From a virus (lineage: Duplodnaviria > Heunggongvirae > Uroviricota > Caudoviricetes): 64,000 nt of DNA. Position 1 is the first letter of the stretch. Each line of letters opens with the position of its first letter. Below the pieces are notes generated by a model, which saw only the letters and a list, made by a program, of their open reading frames with translations, ran no database searches and was not told the origin of the DNA. The stretch lies in the IMG/VR virus record IMGVR_UViG_3300028422_000873. One strand, written 5' to 3'. Shown piece after piece: positions 58,881 through 64,000 of the stretch. Position numbers and translations under genes: made by a program.

Positions 58881-59327
58881 ATGATGAATCAAAAGACAGC
58901 AGTGTATGAGGCAATTAAGTCAGTAAGAAGTTTTGAAGATGGTGACAAAGTCGAACTCACCAAAGACGAGAAGGCGACGGTCAGAGGTATCTTAGTGACG
59001 GGCTTTGAAGAGAACAAGATCGAGCTCAAGTCTGCTCAAGACGACATCGGTAAGTATGTCAATGGACTACTCAACAACTGGTTGCGCAAGGACACTCGTC
59101 TGAATGGTAACGTGGTGTACGAGATCAAGAACAAGGGGAGTCGTACAGGTCAACAAGACCCATTGATCAAGAACTTGAGACTACTCAAGAAGAAAGACGG
59201 GTTAAGTGAGACCGACATCGCAGACATCGACGCAGCAATCGCGAAGAGAATCGCAGAGATCAGACCTGAGAAGGCAGTCGAGATCGATGCCTCAGTTCTG
59301 CCAGAAGAATTCCAGCACTTAGTGTAA
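58881..59327 (+). CDS. hypothetical early protein, probably highly expressed
   Basis: MMNQKTAVYEAIK start with AAGGGGG SD; codon usage differs from late genes; followed by a GAGA-loop hairpin. Confidence 0.8.
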   Translation: MMNQKTAVYEAIKSVRSFEDGDKVELTKDEKATVRGILVTGFEENKIELKSAQDDIGKYVNGLLNNWLRKDTRLNGNVVYEIKNKGSRTGQQDPLIKNLRLLKKKDGLSETDIADIDAAIAKRIAEIRPEKAVEIDASVLPEEFQHLV

Positions 59328-59334
59328 AACTGGT

Positions 59335-59352
59335 GGGGACCGAGAGGTCCCC
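59335..59352 (+). terminator. GC hairpin after the early gene
   Basis: GGGGACC-GAGA-GGTCCCC; weak U tract. Confidence 0.5.
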
Positions 59353-59481
59353 GCTTATACTACGATGAATATCTGATGGAACCGTAGATATGAAGTAGGT
59401 CAGAGAGACTAGGTGATCAGGACGACACGACCAGATGCGAGGTGAGATTCCGCGCTAAGTCTCTCTCCCTAACCAGGAGGT

Positions 59482-59613
59482 ATGATGTCAGATGTAGCAG
59501 TACTAGCGTTGTGTATTGTAGGTGTATTAGTCGGAGCTGTGTTGAAGATAAAGTTGAAGTTGATGCTGTTCGACAAGAAAACATGTAACGCTGAAGAGAG
59601 TATGGAGGAGTAA
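59482..59613 (+). CDS. 43-aa single-TM peptide
   Basis: MMSDVAVLALCIVGVLVGAVLKIKLK...; GGAGG SD. Confidence 0.65.
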   Translation: MMSDVAVLALCIVGVLVGAVLKIKLKLMLFDKKTCNAEESMEE

Positions 59614-59831
59614 TGAGGGGACAACAAGCAGTAGGTACATTTGTTGTGGGTAGACTATACTTCTCCACTTTAAGAGACTACTTATCGCGACAGATCTTCC
59701 TCGGTAAGAAGTTCATGGTGCAGGAGTCTTCGGGGTTTATTCAGAAGACTTTCACCATCAAGGGCGACGTTAATGATGTTAATGAGGTGTATAAAGCTGT
59801 TACCGAGTGGATCAAAAAATTAGAAGAGTGA
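59613..59831 (+). CDS. hypothetical protein
   Basis: TAATG coupling; GGAGG SD. Confidence 0.7.
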   Translation: MRGQQAVGTFVVGRLYFSTLRDYLSRQIFLGKKFMVQESSGFIQKTFTIKGDVNDVNEVYKAVTEWIKKLEE

Positions 59832-59874
59832 TGGGGCTTCGGCCCTGCCACTTTCCATCAGTAAAGGAAGAACT

Positions 59875-60021
59875 ATGACTGAATCATTTTTAATCGTGTT
59901 CTGTCCCGGCATTCTACTTCTTTTTACGATGATGTTCGTGGGAAGAAGATCAGCCGTCAAGGCAAGAACTATCAGGTACTTAGAGAAGGCACGTGCCTTC
60001 AACGAGTCTTTAAAGAGATAA
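59875..60021 (+). CDS. 48-aa single-TM peptide
   Basis: MTESFLIVFCPGILLLFTMMFVGRR...; AAGGA SD. Confidence 0.6.
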   Translation: MTESFLIVFCPGILLLFTMMFVGRRSAVKARTIRYLEKARAFNESLKR

Positions 60022-60084
60022 AGGAAGGTGATCACATATCTACCCTTAGCCCGGACCTACGGTCTGGGCTTCGCGGTATATAAC

Positions 60085-60139
60085 AACTGACACTGCTACG
60101 CCACTGTCCCACTCGACCGATTCGATTAGTTATTATAAT
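60085..60139 (+). promoter_or_regulatory. bipartite repeat element, copy 3, plus TATAAT
   Basis: AACTGACACTGCTACGCC + 14 nt + CCGATTCGAT, TATAAT at 60134, SD GGGGGAG. Confidence 0.7.
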
Positions 60140-60150
60140 AAGGGGGAGTT

Positions 60151-60423
60151 ATGAGTAAGCGAGTATTACCAGAAGCTTTTGATGGTCTAGATATAGCATC
60201 TATTGTAGATGAAGCTAAAAGAGAGTTCGATGATGGCGCATCGACTAATCTAGTGTGTTACACGCTCAATCCCTCTCAAGCCGGCATGTCTGGCTGTGAT
60301 CAGTGTTTAGTCACAGCTCTCTTACCGGCTAAAATATGCTATAAATACAACCACTATAGAATTATAGGCATGCTTCAAGAGATCATAGCAGAAGAGATCC
60401 TACTAGGAGACAGAAATGAGTGA
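60151..60423 (+). CDS. Cys-rich family protein
   Basis: C...CDQC...C; tail EEILLGD. Confidence 0.75.
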   Translation: MSKRVLPEAFDGLDIASIVDEAKREFDDGASTNLVCYTLNPSQAGMSGCDQCLVTALLPAKICYKYNHYRIIGMLQEIIAEEILLGDRNE

Positions 60424-60507
60424 GCGAATACTGCAATACCTATACAAACAATACTGGTTTAAGAGATACCTAGTAAGAACATGGAAGTATCTTAGAAGGA
60501 CGGATAC

Positions 60508-60813
60508 ATGAGTCAATACCGTCCCACCCAAGAAGAAATAGATAAGCTGATGCACGTGTACAACGAGTACTACGACCCGGACAAGAACGAGTGGTCTGGA
60601 GATCAGTGCGAGTTATGCATCGTGCTAGATCCCGCAGAAGAGAGTGATGATCTCGACGACTACGACTTCTTCTGTGAACAATGTATTATCACCAAGTTAA
60701 AACTAGATAACTTCTGCAATAACAGCGATACCTATTCAGCCACTCTAAAGGCCATCGAGGTCGTAGTCCAGCAGGCACTAGAGAAAGAAGTATTCGAGGA
60801 GGAAAATGAGTAA
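60508..60813 (+). CDS. Cys-rich family protein
   Basis: CELC...CEQC...C; tail KEVFEEE. Confidence 0.75.
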   Translation: MSQYRPTQEEIDKLMHVYNEYYDPDKNEWSGDQCELCIVLDPAEESDDLDDYDFFCEQCIITKLKLDNFCNNSDTYSATLKAIEVVVQQALEKEVFEEENE

Positions 60814-61078
60814 ACCAATCATAAAAGAGTTCAACTCGCTCACTGACTCTGAAGTTAAATTCCTGCAGCGTCTGGTCAACAATAAGGGTCATGCTTCAGG
60901 TCGCTGTACTTACTCTAGTTACTTCACCTGCGAAGGATGTGCGGTGTACGAACTCAACGCTGACCCCGATAAATCACCTCCAAGAGATTATGACTGCCTT
61001 AGTAAAGAAGCTCTAGCCATAGCGAAGGAGATACTCGACATCAACATCACAAACAATATACTACTGGGGGAAGAATGA
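60806..61078 (+). CDS. Cys-rich family protein
   Basis: EVKFLQRLVNNKG...C...CEGC...C; tail NNILLGEE. Confidence 0.75.
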   Translation: MSKPIIKEFNSLTDSEVKFLQRLVNNKGHASGRCTYSSYFTCEGCAVYELNADPDKSPPRDYDCLSKEALAIAKEILDINITNNILLGEE

Positions 61079-61320
61079 TCGACCTATCTTCCCACGACGT
61101 AAATTTCCTAAAGGAACTAATCCAGAACAACGGCGAATGCCGAGGATATAGATGGGACGGCGATATACACATGTGCTCAAAATTCTGCCCCATCATGAGG
61201 AGATACAATAGATGTTATAGTTTCCAGGACACCAAGGGGGTAGCTATCTATATCTTATGGGAATACGACGCCCATATAGACTCCATCCTGTTGGACTCTG
61301 TCGAGTCCGGTCAGCAGTAG
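61075..61320 (+). CDS. Cys-rich family protein
   Basis: DVNFLKELIQNNGEC...CSKFCP...C; tail DSILLDS. Confidence 0.75.
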   Translation: MIDLSSHDVNFLKELIQNNGECRGYRWDGDIHMCSKFCPIMRRYNRCYSFQDTKGVAIYILWEYDAHIDSILLDSVESGQQ

Positions 61321-61360
61321 TTATATCGACTGACTCCATGCTGGAGGTCGCGGTTTCGCG

Positions 61361-61377
61361 ACTGACACTGCTACGCC
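61361..61377 (+). promoter_or_regulatory. repeat element, copy 4 (first half only)
   Basis: ACTGACACTGCTACGCC identical; second half CCGATACGAT is at 61649. Confidence 0.65.
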
Positions 61378-61390
61378 ACAGCCGGTTGCT

Positions 61391-61608
61391 TGTGGGGCTA
61401 GCCCCACAGGTATGCAAATAGGCCCTAGAGGAACTCTCGGTCGGACCTGTGGGGCTAATAGTGGGGTCTGTTCAACCGCCTGTGGGGCTAGCCCCACGCC
61501 ACTGTTAGCCCCACTGTGGGTCCTGTGGGGTCTCCGACACAGGTAAGTCGAAACTGGAGTGGACTATAGTTGTGGGACTATGGGCGTCGCCCCACCCCAT
61601 GCCCCACA
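61391..61608. repeat. GC-rich GTGGGG/CCCCAC palindrome cluster
   Basis: Perfect palindrome TGTGGGGCTAGCCCCACA at 61391-61408, near-copy at 61481-61497, further half-sites at 61448, 61461, 61506, 61515, 61524, 61571, 61589, 61601. Confidence 0.8.
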
Positions 61609-61677
61609 GTTTTCGTACACTAAAAATCAATAACTTAATCCACCCAAACCGATACGATAGCTATCCTGGAGGGGTGT

Positions 61678-62025
61678 GTGATGAGTGGAAATGAACCAGA
61701 TACTGTGGGTCCTCAGTGGGTCCACAGCGTAGATATCAGGTATGAGAGAGGTCTGCCGATAATAAGCCTGTGCATGGACGATATGAGTACTGTTAGGCAT
61801 GAGTTTTCCCCTAACGATAGACTCGTGATTAGATCCGCATACAAGTCCTTAACTCATATGATAGATGTATTGTTTGAATTAGAAGTGATAGACTATATGT
61901 CTGTATCAGATGAGTGGATGTTCTTGTTGAAGAGTTTATTTAGGAAATATGAGTGGAAAGAAAATATATTGAAGAAGATTGATGGTTTAAGTACATTTAT
62001 GATTTGGGTGGAAGGATTAATATGA
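61678..62025 (+). CDS. QWVH-family protein 1
   Basis: QWVHSVDI...VLFELEVI...LKSLFRKYEW. Confidence 0.75.
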   Translation: MMSGNEPDTVGPQWVHSVDIRYERGLPIISLCMDDMSTVRHEFSPNDRLVIRSAYKSLTHMIDVLFELEVIDYMSVSDEWMFLLKSLFRKYEWKENILKKIDGLSTFMIWVEGLI

Positions 62026-62159
62026 GTGAGAGATCAATTAGAGAAAAAAGATGTGGAATATAGTATACGATCTTCGTATGATGCTCAGTAAGATGGGAGT
62101 AATGGAAGCAACCTTTATATGGATGAACATATACGACTACATAGACAGGGTAATGAAAG

Positions 62160-62501
62160 ATGAGTGAGCAGTGGGTCCACAATGTTGGCATAAGGTACAA
62201 GCGCAGAGCACTTATGATATATTTGTATGTAGGTGACGAATGTGCCTCTGTATTGGACTGCGATGTTGTTAAGCATCAGATATCCTCTGGAGATAGCTCT
62301 GATATTGAGCTTATATGCGCGTGTATAGGAAGGATTAGGAAGATATTGTATAGACTTGAGATAGATCAGAATGATTATTCGTCTAATGCACTTATTAAAC
62401 CAGTGTTGAAGAGATTATTTAATAATTATGAGTGGGATAAAACTGGTCTTAATATAGATACAGGAAGTTATTACTTATTATGGGAATGGTTGGATATATG
62501 A
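62160..62501 (+). CDS. QWVH-family protein 2
   Basis: QWVHNVGI...ILYRLEID...LKRLFNNYEW. Confidence 0.75.
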   Translation: MSEQWVHNVGIRYKRRALMIYLYVGDECASVLDCDVVKHQISSGDSSDIELICACIGRIRKILYRLEIDQNDYSSNALIKPVLKRLFNNYEWDKTGLNIDTGSYYLLWEWLDI

Positions 62502-62985
62502 TCAGTGAGGAGAAGAAATTCGATATGTGGTCGACCACGAGGAGGTTATTGAAAACTCTCATTCGTTTAGGAGTAAATGCCTCTCATCTTTACATGTATT
62601 CCTATGTAGAGAGGGTAATAAAGAATAGCGATAGCATAGATTAGATTGAAATAGGGATATACGATATGTGGTTTATAATGTTTAATCTGAGAAAAACCTT
62701 CATGAAGATGAAAGTGAGTTTTTCCGACATGAGCATACATGACTATATCAAGAGAGTAACTTATGATGAGTGAAGAAAAGAGAAGAGCGTATATGATATG
62801 GTATACATGGTGTTTATTGAAGATGCTTTCAAAAATGAACGTAGATGTTTTCGGTTTTCAATTAGAAAATTATGTAAATAGGATAAATAGATTATGATTG
62901 TATTAAGATTATTAATAGCACTTAGAAAATTAGAGATAATTACTTCTTTTTCTGGTGTATGTGAGTATCTATCAAGGATAGGTGA

Positions 62986-63354
62986 ATGAGTAAACAATGG
63001 ATTCACAAGGTGATAATTGAACCTGATAATAACTTATTATTAATAAAGTTATTTATAGGTAATAAAGATGCTTTTATGGAAGATTGGAATATCACAAGAT
63101 ACGGTCTTTGTGTTGAAGATAGATCGCTTCTAAAATATAGAAGTATGTATTTACTTAAGGTTAGAGACATATTAAATAAATTTGAGCTGATACCCCTATT
63201 AGGTATTGGAGATTATATCCACGAAATGAGAGCATCTGTGTTAAAGAGTTTATTTGATAACTATAGGTGGGACGAAGAAAGAATATTTGATATAGTAAGT
63301 CACAGAGACCTACTTATCTTTATAAAATGGGTATACGGTGAAGAACGATTATAG
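62986..63354 (+). CDS. QWVH-family protein 3
   Basis: QWIHKVII...ILNKFELI...LKSLFDNYRW. Confidence 0.75.
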   Translation: MSKQWIHKVIIEPDNNLLLIKLFIGNKDAFMEDWNITRYGLCVEDRSLLKYRSMYLLKVRDILNKFELIPLLGIGDYIHEMRASVLKSLFDNYRWDEERIFDIVSHRDLLIFIKWVYGEERL

Positions 63355-63467
63355 TGACATTACGACACCCAAGTGGCTTATATTCCTAGATTTAATAGGA
63401 ATACTAGGGAAACTAAAAGTCGATCTTGATATTGCAAGTGCTGGCGTGGTATTGGGGAGATTGAGAG

Positions 63468-63689
63468 ATGAAGAAAAGAAATAAACTAACTGACAAAGAT
63501 ATAGAGATACTTGAAGAGCTCAAGAAAGCTAAAGGAGGTTGTTATTGTACTAAACTGAGAGATCTGTCTTGCGACTGTTGTCCTTTAGGAAATTTGACGA
63601 TGGCAAGAGGATGTAACGAAGAGATAGCATTTAAACATGCCGTACGTTTGTTGGATGAACATATTAACTCTATATTATTGGGGGAATAA
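63468..63689 (+). CDS. Cys-rich family protein
   Basis: DIEILEELKKAKGGC...CDCCPL...C; tail NSILLGE. Confidence 0.75.
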   Translation: MKKRNKLTDKDIEILEELKKAKGGCYCTKLRDLSCDCCPLGNLTMARGCNEEIAFKHAVRLLDEHINSILLGE

Positions 63690-63964
63690 TGAATATATCA
63701 CTTGAGAGTAGTTATTGTTTTGAAGAGTATGAGTTTAAGCGTATACCGACCAAGTATTCTTTTCAATGGGTCGTATTTTTAAAGGATAATAAAGTCGGAA
63801 CTTTATATATCTATAAGGATGAAGTTCACGGATATGTACAGCATCCACGATTTAATGGCGGAGATTCTTATTATCGAGAGATACGTGAGTGGAATCGCAT
63901 ACGAAGACTGATGAACGAGCACGTATATAATCTTATGTTGAACGAAATACTGTTGGATGTGTAA
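63689..63964 (+). CDS. hypothetical protein with EILLD tail
   Basis: TAATG coupling; ends NEILLDV. Confidence 0.7.
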   Translation: MNISLESSYCFEEYEFKRIPTKYSFQWVVFLKDNKVGTLYIYKDEVHGYVQHPRFNGGDSYYREIREWNRIRRLMNEHVYNLMLNEILLDV

Positions 63965-64000
63965 TGGGAAAAACAACAGCGATAATTATTTGTGGTGCTT

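Larger units (their letters stand above)
62051..63484 (+). repeat. second cluster of mini-ORF family members interleaved with QWVH proteins
   Basis: 62051-62167 (MLSKMGVM), 62498-62644 (TLIRLGVN), 62666-62773 (TFMKMKVS), 62763-62897 (MLSKMNVD), 62894-62989 (ALRKLEII), 63338-63484 (ILGKLKVD). Confidence 0.7.

Noticed and set aside
60085-60102. 17-mer as a sigma-54 (-24/-12) or sigma-70 -35 element
   Set aside because: It lacks the invariant GG, the GC spacing is off by one, and CTGACA is 41 nt from the nearest TATAAT.
58495-61377. Four identical 17-mers as a CRISPR or mini-CRISPR array
   Set aside because: Spacings are about 200, 1390 and 1275 nt with genes in between, the repeat is not palindromic, and there are no cas genes in the window.
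1339-63006. Short antisense ORFs in the track (e.g. 1339, 2441, 4458, 7229, 10844, 18336, 24338, 31789, 40672, 43672, 55872, 57870, 59417, 60689)
   Set aside because: They are shadows of longer, motif-bearing genes on the opposite strand, with no SD or recognisable motifs.
1-64000. Stop-codon reassignment (seen in some large phages)
   Set aside because: Conserved genes are full length in the standard code, and TAA, TAG and TGA all end genes. The mini-ORFs are tiled by overlaps in different frames, not by in-frame stops.

Overview
The window is a 64 kb segment of an AT-rich, large (probably jumbo) myovirus-type phage genome. No rRNA, tRNA or CRISPR array was found. (1) 1-17.7 kb holds mixed replication, recombination and auxiliary genes: RuvC, SMC/gp46-like ATPase, a ClpP-like protease with a signal peptide, GroEL, a degenerate DNA methyltransferase, dUTPase, an M15A peptidase, an RpoD-like sigma factor lacking region 4.2, a UvsW-like helicase, an HNH endonuclease, a DnaB-like helicase and a primase. 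(2) 17.7-52.3 kb is a minus-strand contractile-tail and neck module: fibre, baseplate, hub, spike, tape measure, G/GT chaperones with a clear -1 frameshift site, three tube paralogs, sheath, neck genes and a Nudix-containing protein. (3) 52.4-64 kb is a plus-strand putative early or host-takeover region. It carries about 37 paralogous mini-ORFs sharing an LxKLxI-type core, a family of Cys-rich proteins with an ILLGE-like tail, a repeated bipartite DNA motif, structured non-coding segments and a GC-rich palindrome cluster. Seven genes have a -10 hexamer exactly 6 nt before the ATG, suggesting leaderless mRNAs. All protein calls come from motif recognition by eye; no database searches were run.
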